64,000 nt of DNA from Vicinamibacterales bacterium (GTDB lineage Bacteria > Acidobacteriota > Vicinamibacteria > Vicinamibacterales > UBA823), in the NCBI GenBank assembly GCA_965197385.1, contig CBDANA010000006.1:69013-133012 (forward strand). The letters run 5' to 3'. The notes beneath the pieces were generated by a model. That model was not told the origin of the DNA and did no database searches. It worked only from the letters and a program-made list of their open reading frames with translations. Shown here piece after piece: positions 25,489 to 36,980 of this stretch. The position numbers were made by a program, and so were the translations under genes. Each line of letters opens with the position of its first letter. Position 1 is the stretch's first letter.

Positions 25489-26040
25489 TCAGCCGACGAG
25501 CACGGCGGCGGCGATCACCGTCGTCCACCGCCCCTGCTTGTCGCCGACCGCCGTCTGGGTCACGTTCTGGGTGCGCACGATCTGGTTCGACAGCCGATAG
25601 ACCTCTTTCTTCTCATCCCAACTCCTGTCAGGGTCGAAATCGAGATCGAGGGCCGTCGCCAGCATCTCGGCTGCGAGCTCCTCCGCGTAGTCACCCGCAG
25701 TCTCTTCGTTCTCACCGTAGCTATGGTGCTCGGACAGGTAGCCGTACAGTTCCCGGTCGCGAGGGATCGCCACGCCGATGGTGGCGGCGATCAATCGATG
25801 CGGTTCCCGCGACGCGGCCTCGGACATCACGACGAACGTGACTTGTCCTGGCTCCAGGCGCGTGACCCCTTCGGCGCGCGGGACAATCTTGCAGCCGGGT
25901 GGAAAGATGCTCGAGACCCTGACGAGGTTGCACGCGGCGATGCCGGCCGAACGAAGGGCCTGCTCGAATGAGGTGAGCTTCTCCCGGTGCTTCCCGACGC
26001 CTTTCGTGAAGAACAGCTCTCTGGGAACGAAACCAAGCAC
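25489..26040 (-). CDS. pdaD: Pyruvoyl-dependent arginine decarboxylase
   Basis: 183-aa ORF, FFTKGVGKHREKLTSFEQALRSAGIAACNLVRVSSIFPP, with the Ser-Ser self-cleavage region typical of PvlArgDC. Confidence 0.8.
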   Translation of the reverse strand: MLGFVPRELFFTKGVGKHREKLTSFEQALRSAGIAACNLVRVSSIFPPGCKIVPRAEGVTRLEPGQVTFVVMSEAASREPHRLIAATIGVAIPRDRELYGYLSEHHSYGENEETAGDYAEELAAEMLATALDLDFDPDRSWDEKKEVYRLSNQIVRTQNVTQTAVGDKQGRWTTVIAAAVLVG

Positions 26041-26097
26041 AACTCACCCCACGGATACCCGCCAGCCCCTGCCGCCAAGGACGCGCGAGCGAACTGC

Positions 26098-26126
26098 ATC
26101 GTAGGGAACTCGTTCCGTACTGTCAA
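26098..26126 (-). promoter_or_regulatory. Sigma70-type promoter upstream of pdaD
   Basis: On the minus strand: TTGACA (26126-26121), 17-nt spacer, TACGAT (26103-26098). It lies about 55 nt upstream of the pdaD start. Confidence 0.55.
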
Positions 26127-26384
26127 GACAGAAATCCCGACGGCGAGCGCGCTCGGCGCCTCAGCGGAGCCGCCGGCGGACACTCGACCGCCTGATGGGC
26201 CCGGGTGCAGCCCGCGCGGCGGCGCCCCGGCCACCGTCGGTATCGGGCAGACCGTCTCACGGTGGGCGGCAGCCAATGGCTGATATATGATGTCCTCTCG
26301 GGCACCCGTCCAGCGCTCGCCGAGCGCCGCCCGAACCCGTCTGGGTGCCGGCTCGGACGCAGACGCGAGAGGAGGATACGGTCG

Positions 26385-28481
26385 ATGAAGGCCTACGACA
26401 CGCCAAGCATCCGGAACGTTGCGATCGTCGGGCACAGTGGCTCCGGCAAGACGCAGCTGACCTCGGCCCTGCTCTTTGACGCGGGGATGGTCAACCGCTT
26501 GGGCATGGTCGACGACGGCACGACGGTGACCGATTTCGACGAAGAGGCGATCGCCCGCAAGCACACGCTGACGGCCAGTGTTGCCTACGCCGAATGGAAC
26601 AAGACGAAAATCAATCTCATCGACACGCCAGGCATGGCCAACTTTCTGAGCGAGGCGAGAGCGGCGCTCGGCGTGAGCGACGTCGCGGTCGTCATCGTTG
26701 ATGGCGTGGCCGGCGTCGAGGTCCAGACCGAGAAGACGTGGGCCACGGCACAGGAACTCGGCATCCCGAGGCTGATCGTGCTCAACCGGCTGGACCGGGA
26801 GCGAGCCAGCCTCGACCGCTCGCTCGAATCGCTGCGTGAAGTGCTCGGCCGGAGCATCGTCCCGATTCAGATTCCAATCGGTGAGGAGAAGGCGTTTCGT
26901 GGTGTCGTCGATCTGGTGGCCATGCAGGCGCTGATGTTCGAGCCTGGCGGTGACGGCAAGCCGTCGGTGGCCGAGATCCCGGCGGACATGGCCGACGCCG
27001 CCAAGGCGGCGCGAGACGCCCTGACCGAGATGGTCGCCGAGGCGGATGACAATCTCATGGAGAAGTTCTTCGAGGCCGGCACGCTGACCCAGGAAGAATT
27101 GAAGGCCGGCCTCCGCACCGCCACGCTGAGCGGTCAGGTCGCGCCGCTCCTGTGCACGTCCGCCACGCAGAACGTGGGGATCGTGCCGCTGCTGGACGCG
27201 CTGATCACCTACACGCCGTCGCCCGCGGACCGCCCGTTTCCAGGCGTGGACGCCAACGGCAACCCGGTCGACTGTGCGGCCTCGAGCGACGATCCGCCGG
27301 CCGCCTTCGTCTGGAAGACAATCGCCGATCCGTTCGCCGGACGCATTACGATGTTCCGCGTCGTCTCAGGCGTTCTCGCGGCCGACGCGGCGATTCACAA
27401 TCTAACGAAGGACTCGGGTGAACGGTGCGGGACTCTACTGTTGCTGCAGGGCAAGACCCAGGTAGCCATCAATGAGGTCCGCGCCGGGGACCTCGGGGCG
27501 GTCGCCAAGCTGAAGGACACCCAGACGGGTGACACGCTCGCCGACAAGGCGTGCGGGGTGACCTTTCCCCCGTTTACGTTTCCCGAGCCGGTGCTCGCCT
27601 ACGCGATCGAGCCGAAGAGTCGCGGCGATGAGGAAAAAATCAGCGCGTCCCTGGCGCGCCTCCGAGAAGAGGATTCGACCATTCGCTACGCCCGCGATCC
27701 CCAGACGTCGGAATTGTTGCTCTCCGGTCAGGGCCAGGTGCACATCGAGGTGACCGTGGCGAAGCTCAAGAAGCGCTTCGGCGTGGAGGTGAACTTGAAG
27801 CTTCCGCGGATCGCCTACCGCGAGACGATTCAGGCCTCGACGGAAGCGCACGGCCGCCACAAGAAGCAAACAGGCGGCCACGGCCAGTTCGGTGACTGCA
27901 AGATCAAGATGGAACCGCTGCCGCGCGGCGGCGACTTCGAATTCGTCAACGCGATCTTCGGCGGCGCCATTCCCAGGGGATTCGTGCCCGCGATCGAGAA
28001 GGGAATTCAGGATTCCAGGATGCGCGGATATCTGGCAGGCTACCCCATCGTGGACTTCAGGGTGACCGTCATCGATGGGTCGTTCCACCCCGTCGATTCC
28101 AACGAGCTCTCGTTCAAGATGGCGGGGTCGCTGGCGTTCAAGGACGCAATGACGCGGGCCAGACCCACGCTGCTCGAGCCCGTCATGGACGTGGAAATCC
28201 ACGCGCCGAGCGAGTTCGCTGGCGACCTCATGGGTGACCTGAACGGCCGCCGCGGCCGAATCGGCGGGATGGAACCGAGCAGTGGGACGACGGCCATCAA
28301 GGCCCAGGTGCCGATGGCCGAGATGCTCACCTACGAGCAGCAGCTAACCTCGGCGACCGGGGGTCGCGGGTCATACCACATGGAATTTTCACACTACGAG
28401 GAAGTCCCGGCTCACTTGCACGCCAAGATTATTTCGGCCGCCAAGGCCGAGCGCGGCGAGTCGGAGTCCGTGAAGGGCTAG
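26385..28481 (+). CDS. Elongation factor G paralog (EF-G2-like translational GTPase)
   Basis: MKAYDTPSIRNVAIVGHSGSGKTQLTSALLF (G1), DTPG, NRLD and full EF-G domain order, 698 aa. GAGGAGGA lies 7 nt upstream of the ATG at 26385. It is distinct from the canonical fusA at 46127. Confidence 0.85.
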   Translation: MKAYDTPSIRNVAIVGHSGSGKTQLTSALLFDAGMVNRLGMVDDGTTVTDFDEEAIARKHTLTASVAYAEWNKTKINLIDTPGMANFLSEARAALGVSDVAVVIVDGVAGVEVQTEKTWATAQELGIPRLIVLNRLDRERASLDRSLESLREVLGRSIVPIQIPIGEEKAFRGVVDLVAMQALMFEPGGDGKPSVAEIPADMADAAKAARDALTEMVAEADDNLMEKFFEAGTLTQEELKAGLRTATLSGQVAPLLCTSATQNVGIVPLLDALITYTPSPADRPFPGVDANGNPVDCAASSDDPPAAFVWKTIADPFAGRITMFRVVSGVLAADAAIHNLTKDSGERCGTLLLLQGKTQVAINEVRAGDLGAVAKLKDTQTGDTLADKACGVTFPPFTFPEPVLAYAIEPKSRGDEEKISASLARLREEDSTIRYARDPQTSELLLSGQGQVHIEVTVAKLKKRFGVEVNLKLPRIAYRETIQASTEAHGRHKKQTGGHGQFGDCKIKMEPLPRGGDFEFVNAIFGGAIPRGFVPAIEKGIQDSRMRGYLAGYPIVDFRVTVIDGSFHPVDSNELSFKMAGSLAFKDAMTRARPTLLEPVMDVEIHAPSEFAGDLMGDLNGRRGRIGGMEPSSGTTAIKAQVPMAEMLTYEQQLTSATGGRGSYHMEFSHYEEVPAHLHAKIISAAKAERGESESVKG

Positions 28482-28654
28482 CAACCCGTGGCGAAAGTCC
28501 GGCTGCATTCGGCCGGCGATGCATCCCCGCTGGCTGCGTTGCGTCTCGTTTAAATATTCCCGATATTCTCGCTCGTCGCGCCTTGCTCCGGCGCTCCGCG
28601 TCTTCGGTTCAGCGGTGTCCTCGGTGCCACGCCGGACTTTCGCCACGGGTGCTA
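28479..28654 (+). repeat. SIR copy D, forward orientation, between the convergent EF-G2 and rplQ genes
   Basis: 25-nt terminal arms CTAGCAACCCGTGGCGAAAGTCCGG / CCGGACTTTCGCCACGGGTGCTAG, with one bulge. The stop codons of both flanking genes lie in the CTAG ends. The core is near-identical to copy E. Confidence 0.9.
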
Positions 28655-29224
28655 GGACGACTTCTTCGCCTTCGACGTCGCCCGCTTCTTCTTCTTCGGC
28701 GTGGCCTCAGCCTCGGGGACCTCGGCAGCCTTCAGGCTGCGCATGCGTCGCGCCGCGGCTCGCAGCCGCCCGCCGACCCCCTTGGACTTGCTGGCCGGCG
28801 CGCTCTCGACACGCTCGTCCGCGTCACCGGCGTCGGCCGAATATTCGCTGCCGACCAATTCGACCTGTGCCATCTCGGCGCTGTCTCCGCGCCGCGCGCC
28901 AAGCCGTAACAACCGCGTGTAGCCGCCGGGCCGCGCCTCGAACCTCGGCGCAATCCCGTCGAACAACTTGCTGACCACGTCTTGATCGGCGATGTCACGC
29001 CGCACCAGCCGCCGGGCATGGACGGCACGGATGGCATCGCCGCTGGCGATCCCGCGTTTGGCAATCGTGATCAGGCGCTCGACGAACGGATGCAACTCCT
29101 TGGCGCGCGGCACCGTCGTGCGAATGCGCTCGTGGCGCAACAGCGCCTGCGCCAGATTCCGGAGCATCGCCATGCGGTGCTCACTCACCCGTCCCAGCTT
29201 TCGATGTGCTACTCGATGACGCAT
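28652..29224 (-). CDS. rplQ: 50S ribosomal protein L17 (with ~70-aa Ala/Lys-rich C-terminal tail)
   Basis: MRHRVAHRKLGRVSEHRMAMLRNLAQALLRHERIRTTVPRAKEL. Confidence 0.95.
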   Translation of the reverse strand: MRHRVAHRKLGRVSEHRMAMLRNLAQALLRHERIRTTVPRAKELHPFVERLITIAKRGIASGDAIRAVHARRLVRRDIADQDVVSKLFDGIAPRFEARPGGYTRLLRLGARRGDSAEMAQVELVGSEYSADAGDADERVESAPASKSKGVGGRLRAAARRMRSLKAAEVPEAEATPKKKKRATSKAKKSS

Positions 29225-29283
29225 CTGCCTCTGACTCGTCGCCGTTCCGGCGCTGACGTCTCGCGACGCCGCCTGAATTGGCG

Positions 29284-30270
29284 CTATTCGGGTTCGGCCT
29301 GAGTCGCCGGCTGGTCGAGCCGCATGCCCAGGCTGAGCCCCATGCTCGTGAGAATCTCCTTGATCTCGTTCAGTGACTTCCTGCCGAAATTCTTCGTCTT
29401 CAACATCTCGACTTCGGTCTTCTGGACGAGTTCTCGGATCGTCCGAATTTCTGCGTTCCTGAGACAGTTGTACGACCGCACGGACAACTCGAGCTCCTCA
29501 ACGCTCTTCTCGAGATGCTCGTTGGACGCGGGCTGCGGTGGGTCGGCGATCGACTCGGGTGCCTGGTCCACCGGATCGTCCAGTGACACGAAGATGTTGA
29601 GATGATCGCGCAACAGCTTTGAGGCCAGCGACACGCCATCGCGCGGTGTGATCGATCCGTTGGTCCACACGTCCAGTGTAAGCTTTTCGTAATCCGTCGT
29701 CTGCCCCAACCGGGCCGCCTCGACGAGATAGTTGACCTTCTTGACGGGCGAGTGCACCGAATCAATCGGAATCCACCCAATCCCGAGCTCCTCGTTGAAG
29801 TTCTTGTCGGCCGACACGTAGCCGCGACCCCGCCGCACCCGCATCTCCATCTGCAGGCGCCCGCCGTCGGCAATCGTGGCGATGTGCACATCCGGCTCAA
29901 GAATTTCGGTGTCGGCATCAGTTTGGATGTCGCGCGCCTTCACCTCACCGGACTTGTCCACGTTCAGCAACAGCGTCTTCGTCTGGTCGACGTGCATCCG
30001 AAGTGGTACTTGTTTGAGGTTCAGGATGATGTCCGTGGCGTCCTCTACGACACCGGGAATCGGCGAAAATTCGTGAAGTACGCCGTCGATTTTGACCGCG
30101 GTCACCGCGGCGCCTTCGATCGACGACAGCAGCACCCGCCGCAGGGCATTGCCAAGGGTCGTGCCAAAGCCCCGCTCGAACGGTTGCGCGGCGAACCGGC
30201 CGAACCGTTCGGTCAATGTCTCTCGCTCGAACTCCAAGCGCTTTGGACGCTGGAAACCTTTCCACAACAT
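29284..30270 (-). CDS. rpoA: DNA-directed RNA polymerase subunit alpha
   Basis: [15 protein letters not shown]...[19 protein letters not shown]... plus the C-terminal domain [24 protein letters not shown]. Start taken at the ATG at 30270; the track ORF begins at 30321. Confidence 0.95.
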   Translation of the reverse strand: MLWKGFQRPKRLEFERETLTERFGRFAAQPFERGFGTTLGNALRRVLLSSIEGAAVTAVKIDGVLHEFSPIPGVVEDATDIILNLKQVPLRMHVDQTKTLLLNVDKSGEVKARDIQTDADTEILEPDVHIATIADGGRLQMEMRVRRGRGYVSADKNFNEELGIGWIPIDSVHSPVKKVNYLVEAARLGQTTDYEKLTLDVWTNGSITPRDGVSLASKLLRDHLNIFVSLDDPVDQAPESIADPPQPASNEHLEKSVEELELSVRSYNCLRNAEIRTIRELVQKTEVEMLKTKNFGRKSLNEIKEILTSMGLSLGMRLDQPATQAEPE

Positions 30271-30326
30271 CGAAGTCAGTCCTTTCTCAAAGCGTACCTG
30301 ACGTCGCCCGACGGCCGTCACGGGCG

Positions 30327-30956
30327 CTACTTCGAGTACAGCTCGACGATCAGTTGCTCTTGGACCGGCAGGTTGATCTGCTCACGCGTCGGCAGCGAAG
30401 CAATCCGTCCAGCGAGTTTCTCGCCATCGAACTCGAGCCACTCCGGAATGCCGCGGCCCTTCACTTCCTCCATCGCGTAATGGATCGATGCGGTCTTCGC
30501 GCTGGAGCCCTTCACGCTCACGACTTCTCCGACCCGGACGGAGTAGGACGGCACGTTGACCCGGTGGCCATTAATCTGGAAATGACCGTGGCGGACCAAC
30601 TGTCGCGCCTGCGACCGTGACGTCGCCAACCCGAGGCGGTAGATGACGTTGTCCAGCCGCCGCTCCAGTAACTGTAACAGCGTCTCACCGGTGATTCCGC
30701 GCTGGCGGTCGGCTGCCTCGAAGTACCGGCGGAACTGGCTCTCGAGTACGCCGTAGATCCGCTTGACTTTCTGCTTCTCACGCAACTGCAGTCCATAACC
30801 CATGAGCTTCGCCTTCCGGCCTTTGCCATGGTGGCCCGGCGGAACGTTGCGCTTCTCGATGGCGCACTTGTCGGCGTAGCAGCGCTCACCCTTGAGAAAT
30901 AGCTTCATGCCTTCGCGCCGGCAAAGCCGGCAGACTGCGCCCGTGTATCGTGCCAT
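30327..30956 (-). CDS. rpsD: 30S ribosomal protein S4
   Basis: [26 protein letters not shown]..., 209 aa. Confidence 0.95.
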   Translation of the reverse strand: MARYTGAVCRLCRREGMKLFLKGERCYADKCAIEKRNVPPGHHGKGRKAKLMGYGLQLREKQKVKRIYGVLESQFRRYFEAADRQRGITGETLLQLLERRLDNVIYRLGLATSRSQARQLVRHGHFQINGHRVNVPSYSVRVGEVVSVKGSSAKTASIHYAMEEVKGRGIPEWLEFDGEKLAGRIASLPTREQINLPVQEQLIVELYSK

Positions 30957-31003
30957 GCTGTGATCCTATCGTTTCGTCATTCAGTCTTGAACGTCCGCGT
31001 CGC

Positions 31004-31447
31004 TCACACTCGACGCCGCTTCGGCGGCCGGCATCCGTTGTGCGGCACCGGCGTGACGTCACGAATCGAACGCACGACCAGCCCAATCGTCTGCAACGCC
31101 CTGACCGCCGACTCCCGACCAGCACCCGGCCCCTTGACACGCACCTCGAGCGATCGCATGCCGACACCCTTCGCCGCGTTTCCGGCCTTGATCGCCGCCT
31201 GGGTCGCAGCGAACGGTGTTCCCTTGCGCGACCCCTTGAACCCGATACCGCCCGCGCTCGACCACGCGACCACGTTCCCGTCAGTGTCGGTAATCGTGAT
31301 GATCGTGTTGTTGAAGGAGGCTCGAATGTGCGCGTACCCACTATGCACGACGCGTTTCTCCCCGCGCTTCTTGAACGTCTTCTTTCGCTTCCCGGCGCGT
31401 TTTGGTGTTTGCGGAACCGCGCTCTCGACCGCCTCGTTCTTCGCCAT
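31004..31447 (-). CDS. rpsK: 30S ribosomal protein S11
   Basis: ...[44 protein letters not shown]... Confidence 0.95.
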   Translation of the reverse strand: MAKNEAVESAVPQTPKRAGKRKKTFKKRGEKRVVHSGYAHIRASFNNTIITITDTDGNVVAWSSAGGIGFKGSRKGTPFAATQAAIKAGNAAKGVGMRSLEVRVKGPGAGRESAVRALQTIGLVVRSIRDVTPVPHNGCRPPKRRRV

Positions 31448-31504
31448 GCCTCGCCACCTCTCCGCCCGCCCCTGGACCCGCTGTCCCGATTGTGAGCCGG
31501 GCTG

Positions 31505-31879
31505 CTAGACCTTCCTCTTCTTCGCCACCGCGTGCTTCAGGGGCCCCTTCCGCGTGCGCGCATTCGTCTTCGTCCGCTGGCCGCGGACGGGCAGATTGCG
31601 CCGGTGGCGCATCCCGCGATAGCAGCCGATTTCCATCAGCCGCTTAATGTTCATGGAGATTTCTTTGCGCAGATCGCCCTCGACGCGACCCTGTTCTTCG
31701 ATGACGCGACTGATCGTGCGGACGTCGTCCTCGGACAAATCCTTCACGCGTACGCTGGCATCGACGCCGGCTGTGTCCAGAATGTCAGTCGACCGCTTGC
31801 GACCGATGCCGTAGACGTAGGTCAGGCCGATCTCAATCCGCTTCGTCTGCGGCAAATCAATACCTGCGATGCGTGCCAT
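31505..31879 (-). CDS. rpsM: 30S ribosomal protein S13
   Basis: [30 protein letters not shown]... Confidence 0.95.
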   Translation of the reverse strand: MARIAGIDLPQTKRIEIGLTYVYGIGRKRSTDILDTAGVDASVRVKDLSEDDVRTISRVIEEQGRVEGDLRKEISMNIKRLMEIGCYRGMRHRRNLPVRGQRTKTNARTRKGPLKHAVAKKRKV

Positions 31880-31919
31880 GGCTATCCTTCACTCTCGTGT
31901 GCTATTCGAGCGACTACCC

Positions 31920-32033
31920 TCACCCCTGCCGTTGCTTGTGTTTCGGATTCGTGCAGAGCACTCGCACGACGCCGCGGCGCCGAACGATCTTGCACTTGGC
32001 GCACATACGCTTGACGGATGCTCGAACCTTCAT
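31920..32033 (-). CDS. rpmJ: 50S ribosomal protein L36
   Basis: Hand translation of the minus strand gives [37 protein letters not shown]-stop. It is too short for the ORF track. Confidence 0.9.
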   Translation of the reverse strand: MKVRASVKRMCAKCKIVRRRGVVRVLCTNPKHKQRQG

Positions 32034-32067
32034 CTCCTGCCCTCACTTCCCACCCACACCGCCGCCG

Positions 32068-32286
32068 TTACTCGTGCCGCCGGACGATTCGTCCGCGCCC
32101 GAGGTTGTGTCGAGCCAACTCGACGACAACTCGGTCCCCGGGCAGTAACCTTACAAAATTCCTCCCCGACCCGCCGGCCACGTGAGCCAACACCGACCGC
32201 TGGCCCTCGACCTCCACGCGATACATCGCGTGCGGCAGCGCCTCGGCCACGACACCCGCTACACCGACCGGATCCCGCTTCTCCAT
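32068..32286 (-). CDS. infA: Translation initiation factor IF-1
   Basis: 72 aa, ...VVAEALPHAMYRVEVEGQRSVLAHVAGGSGRNFVRLLPGDRVVVEL... (S1-like fold pattern). Confidence 0.9.
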   Translation of the reverse strand: MEKRDPVGVAGVVAEALPHAMYRVEVEGQRSVLAHVAGGSGRNFVRLLPGDRVVVELARHNLGRGRIVRRHE

Positions 32287-32336
32287 CGCAACCGCCCTCG
32301 CTGCAACGCCAGACGTTCACCACGGGCGGCTAGCCA

Positions 32337-33125
32337 TCATGACGGCGGCGTGCTGGCCGCGAGGCTCGGCACGTCGCTCGGCCGGCGGGTCAAGACCTCC
32401 GGCCCGTCCCCGGTCACAGCGACCGTGTGCTCGAAATGCGCCGACAGGCTGCCGTCACGGGTCACTGCGGTCCAGCCGTCAGCCAGCACCCGCACGGCTG
32501 CCTTGCCCACATTGACCATCGGCTCAATCGCCAGCACCATCCCCTCGGCCAACCGCGGCCCCCGACCGGGCTCGCCATAGTTCGGAATCTGCGGCTCCTC
32601 ATGCAGTTTTGTGCCGATACCGTGTCCGACGAACTCCCGCACCACGGATAACCCGTGCTCCTCCACGTGGCGCTGCACGGCGTGACCGATGTCCGAAACC
32701 CGCGCGCCGACCCTGGCCTGGGCGATACCCAACTCCAGCGCCTCCTGTGTAACCCGCAGGAGCGCGGCGGCCTCCTCAGAAATCGTTCCGATCCCCAAGG
32801 TGATCGCCGAGTCACCGTAGTAGCCGTCCAGCAAGACGCCGACGTCCAGCGATACCAGATCGCCGCTCGCCAGCTTCCGCCCTGACGGGATGCCGTGCAC
32901 CACCTCATCGTTGACCGACGCGCAGAGCGTCGCCGGGTAGCCACGATATCCCTTGAAGGCCGGGGTGCCCCCCGCTTCCCGGACGCGCGCCTCCACGGCG
33001 GCGTCGAGCTCAGCCGTGGTCATCCCCGGCGCGGCCAGCGTCCTCAACTCCTCCAAGACACCGGCCACGACCTTGTTCGCGGCCCTCATCCGCTCGAGCT
33101 CCTCCGGCGACCGGCAGACGATCAC
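32337..33125 (-). CDS. map: Methionine aminopeptidase, type I
   Basis: 262 aa, with ...CASVNDEVVHGIP...DLVSLDVG...HGIGTKLHEEP...LAIEPM...EHTVAVT metal ligands. Confidence 0.9.
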   Translation of the reverse strand: MIVCRSPEELERMRAANKVVAGVLEELRTLAAPGMTTAELDAAVEARVREAGGTPAFKGYRGYPATLCASVNDEVVHGIPSGRKLASGDLVSLDVGVLLDGYYGDSAITLGIGTISEEAAALLRVTQEALELGIAQARVGARVSDIGHAVQRHVEEHGLSVVREFVGHGIGTKLHEEPQIPNYGEPGRGPRLAEGMVLAIEPMVNVGKAAVRVLADGWTAVTRDGSLSAHFEHTVAVTGDGPEVLTRRPSDVPSLAASTPPS

Positions 33126-33142
33126 TGACTGACCCTCCCGGT

Positions 33143-33799
33143 TTACTCGGCCGAGGCCGCACCGTGCAGCCGATCGACTGCTGCCGCCACCGCCAGCGCG
33201 ATCGCGTCTGGCGGCCCTACGCCGTCGATCTCGGCAAACGTCGATCGGTCCCGGTAGCGGCGCATCAGCGGCGCCGTGTCCCGCGCGTAGACCTTGAGCC
33301 GTTCGCGGATGACCGACTCGCGATCGTCGCTGCGGCGCACGAGCTCACCGCCGCACCGCGTGCAGACGGCCGTCAATGCCCCATCGCCGAAAATGGCCCC
33401 GCACTGACTACACACGTGCCTGGCGCCAATACGCCGCAGGACCTCATCCGACGACACCATGATGTCGAGCACGATGATCGGATCACGGCCGACCATCATC
33501 GCATCCAGCGCCTCGGCCTGCGGGAGCGTTCGGGGAAACCCGTCCAGCACGAATCCTGGGCGCACATCGTCGCGCGCCAAACGTCTCAGGATGATTCCGA
33601 TCATGATCTCATCGCTGACCAACGCTCCACGATCCATGATCGCCTTCGCCGACCGCCCCAACTCGGTCTCCGTCCGCACCGCCTCGCGCAGGACGTCTCC
33701 GGTCGAAATCTTCGGAACGCCCCGCACCCGAGCCAGCTGTTCGGCCTGTGTGCCCTTTCCCGCTCCCGGCGGCCCGAACATCACGATGTTGATGGCCAT
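33143..33799 (-). CDS. adk: Adenylate kinase (Zn-lid type)
   Basis: MAINIVMFGPPGAGKGTQAEQLA P-loop and a CSQCG...CTRCGG lid. Confidence 0.95.
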   Translation of the reverse strand: MAINIVMFGPPGAGKGTQAEQLARVRGVPKISTGDVLREAVRTETELGRSAKAIMDRGALVSDEIMIGIILRRLARDDVRPGFVLDGFPRTLPQAEALDAMMVGRDPIIVLDIMVSSDEVLRRIGARHVCSQCGAIFGDGALTAVCTRCGGELVRRSDDRESVIRERLKVYARDTAPLMRRYRDRSTFAEIDGVGPPDAIALAVAAAVDRLHGAASAE

Positions 33800-33820
33800 G
33801 GCCTGAGACAGCCCTAGCTG

Positions 33821-35209
<1,389 letters not shown>

Positions 35210-35223
35210 GGCTCCGTGTTATC

Positions 35224-35673
35224 TCAGCCTTCCACGACGATGGCCTGGCCGCCGCTGGCCGCGATCTTCTCCGCCGCCTTGCCGCTAAACCGATGGGCGT
35301 GCACCGTGAGCGCCTTCGTCACCTCACCGCGTGCCAGCACCTTGACGCGGCGCTTGGCTCCGTGAATCAGGCCGCACGCGCGCAGCGCCTCTGGCGTCAC
35401 CTCCGTCCCGGCCTCGAACCGCTCCGCGAGCGTGTCGAGGTTGACAACGGCGTAGTCGACGCGAAACGGATTATGAAAGCCTCGCTTCGGCACTCGGCGG
35501 TGCAGAGGCATCTGACCACCCTCGAAGCCGCGCTTCCGACTGAATCCGGAACGCGATTTCGCCCCCTTGTGCCCTCGCCCGGCTGTCTTACCGGTGCCCG
35601 AGCCGGGGCCGCGACCCACGCGCTTCTTCGAGTGCGTGCGCCCCTTCGGCGGCTGCAGCGTGCTCAGATCCAT
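35224..35673 (-). CDS. rplO: 50S ribosomal protein L15
   Basis: [37 protein letters not shown]. Start taken at the ATG at 35673; the track ORF is extended upstream into rpmD. Confidence 0.9.
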   Translation of the reverse strand: MDLSTLQPPKGRTHSKKRVGRGPGSGTGKTAGRGHKGAKSRSGFSRKRGFEGGQMPLHRRVPKRGFHNPFRVDYAVVNLDTLAERFEAGTEVTPEALRACGLIHGAKRRVKVLARGEVTKALTVHAHRFSGKAAEKIAASGGQAIVVEG

Positions 35674-35699
35674 CACGTCCGTCCTTCCCACGGAGGCGC

Positions 35700-35912
35700 T
35701 CACGGCCCGGCCTCCTCGACCCGCACGAGATGCCGGACCTTGTGAATCATTCCGCGCATTGCCGGCGCGTCCACCCACTGGACCGAGTGGCCTATCCGGC
35801 GCAAGCCGAGCCCGCGCACGACAGCCGCCTGCTGCTTGTTGTAGCCAATCGGACTCTTCACCAGCGTTACCGTGAGTGTGCGCTCCGCCCGCCGCGTTGA
35901 CTGCTTAGCCAT
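35700..35912 (-). CDS. rpmD: 50S ribosomal protein L30
   Basis: 70 aa, ...[32 protein letters not shown]... Confidence 0.9.
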   Translation of the reverse strand: MAKQSTRRAERTLTVTLVKSPIGYNKQQAAVVRGLGLRRIGHSVQWVDAPAMRGMIHKVRHLVRVEEAGP

Positions 35913-35930
35913 GCGTCACGTGTCCTCGCC

Positions 35931-35951
35931 TCAAGCATCAAGCATCAAACA
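35931..35951 (-). repeat. Triple heptamer (minus strand TGTTTGA TGCTTGA TGCTTGA) containing the rpsE stop
   Basis: Read directly. Three TGA spaced 7 nt apart put a stop in all three frames between rpsE and rpmD. Confidence 0.9.
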
Positions 35952-36496
35952 GTCGGCGACTCGATCCGACGGTTGGCCGCCGGGACGTCGATCAGATCCT
36001 CGACATTCTTCCCGCGCAACCGGGCCACCGTGGCTGGATCAAGCAAGTTCATCAGCCCGACGAACGTCGCCCGTACGACGTTGTGCGGATTGGCAGAGCC
36101 GATCGACTTGGTCAAGATGTTCTGAATGCCGGCCGACTCGACCACCGCACGGACTGCGCCGCCCGCGATGATCCCGGTGCCCTCGGGCGCTGGCTTCAAC
36201 AGCACTTGGCCTGCACCGAAGCGGCCGACCACGGTGTGTGGAATCGTCGTTCCCTGAATCGGAACACGAACCAAGGCTTTCCGCGCCACCTCGATCCCCT
36301 TCTTGATCGCCGACGGTACTTCTTTGGCCTTGCCGACACCGAACCCCACGTGACCGAGCCCGTCGCCCACGATGACCAGCGCACTGAAGCTCAAGTTCTT
36401 GCCGCCCTTGACGACCTTGGTCACCCGGTTAATCGACACGACGGTGTCTCTCAGATCGAACTGAGTCGGATCGATTTTCTCTTTCGTTTCGAACAT
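35945..36496 (-). CDS. rpsE: 30S ribosomal protein S5
   Basis: 183 aa, ...[42 protein letters not shown]... Confidence 0.95.
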   Translation of the reverse strand: MFETKEKIDPTQFDLRDTVVSINRVTKVVKGGKNLSFSALVIVGDGLGHVGFGVGKAKEVPSAIKKGIEVARKALVRVPIQGTTIPHTVVGRFGAGQVLLKPAPEGTGIIAGGAVRAVVESAGIQNILTKSIGSANPHNVVRATFVGLMNLLDPATVARLRGKNVEDLIDVPAANRRIESPTV

Positions 36497-36539
36497 AGCA
36501 TCTCAACCGCGGCTACTGCGCCGCACTCACCGCTCGACT

Positions 36540-36586
36540 CTTAGCAGCCCGTAGCGGAAGGCCGGTGGCATTCGGCCACTGCTAAG
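36540..36586. repeat. Mini SIR (arm-only hairpin) between rplR and rpsE
   Basis: CTTAGCAGCCCGTAGCGGAAGGCCGGTGGCATTCGGCCACTGCTAAG. The first about 35 nt match the 5' arm of copy D (AGCAACCCGTGGCGAAAGTCCGGCTGCATTCGGCC). It is closed by CTTAGCAG/CTGCTAAG. Confidence 0.7.
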
Positions 36587-36592
36587 ACCTTA

Positions 36593-36967
36593 CTAAAACC
36601 GCAATCCCGCCTCGCGCGCAGCTTCAGCCATGGCGCGCACGCGACCGTGATAGAGGAATCCTCCACGGTCGAACACGACCCGGCTCACGCCGCTGGCAAT
36701 CAACCTTTCGGCGATGATCTGGCCGACCGCCTTGGCGCCCTCCACGTTTCCACCCTGCGTCGTCTTGCCGAAGCCCGCCTTGACGCGCGGCTCCACACTC
36801 GAGGCTGCCACGACGGTCCGACCCGCCGCATCGTCGATCGCCTGTGCGCAAATGTGCGACGCGGTCCGAAAGACGGCGAGCCGGGGCCGCTCGGCGGTGC
36901 CAGTGACGCGCGCGCGCGTTCGAAAATGAATGCGGCGCCGGCGATCTTTCTTCGTCTTAATTCTCAT
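36593..36967 (-). CDS. rplR: 50S ribosomal protein L18
   Basis: 124 aa, ...[20 protein letters not shown]...[27 protein letters not shown]. Confidence 0.95.
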   Translation of the reverse strand: MRIKTKKDRRRRIHFRTRARVTGTAERPRLAVFRTASHICAQAIDDAAGRTVVAASSVEPRVKAGFGKTTQGGNVEGAKAVGQIIAERLIASGVSRVVFDRGGFLYHGRVRAMAEAAREAGLRF

Positions 36968-36980
36968 TGGTCGTGCACCT

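Noticed and set aside
28491-28503. GCGAAAGTCCGG in the SIR arms resembles the RNase P RNA CR-I box (GAGGAAAGUCCGG).
   Set aside because: None of the remaining RNase P conserved regions or helices is present. The motif occurs in both arms as an inverted repeat.
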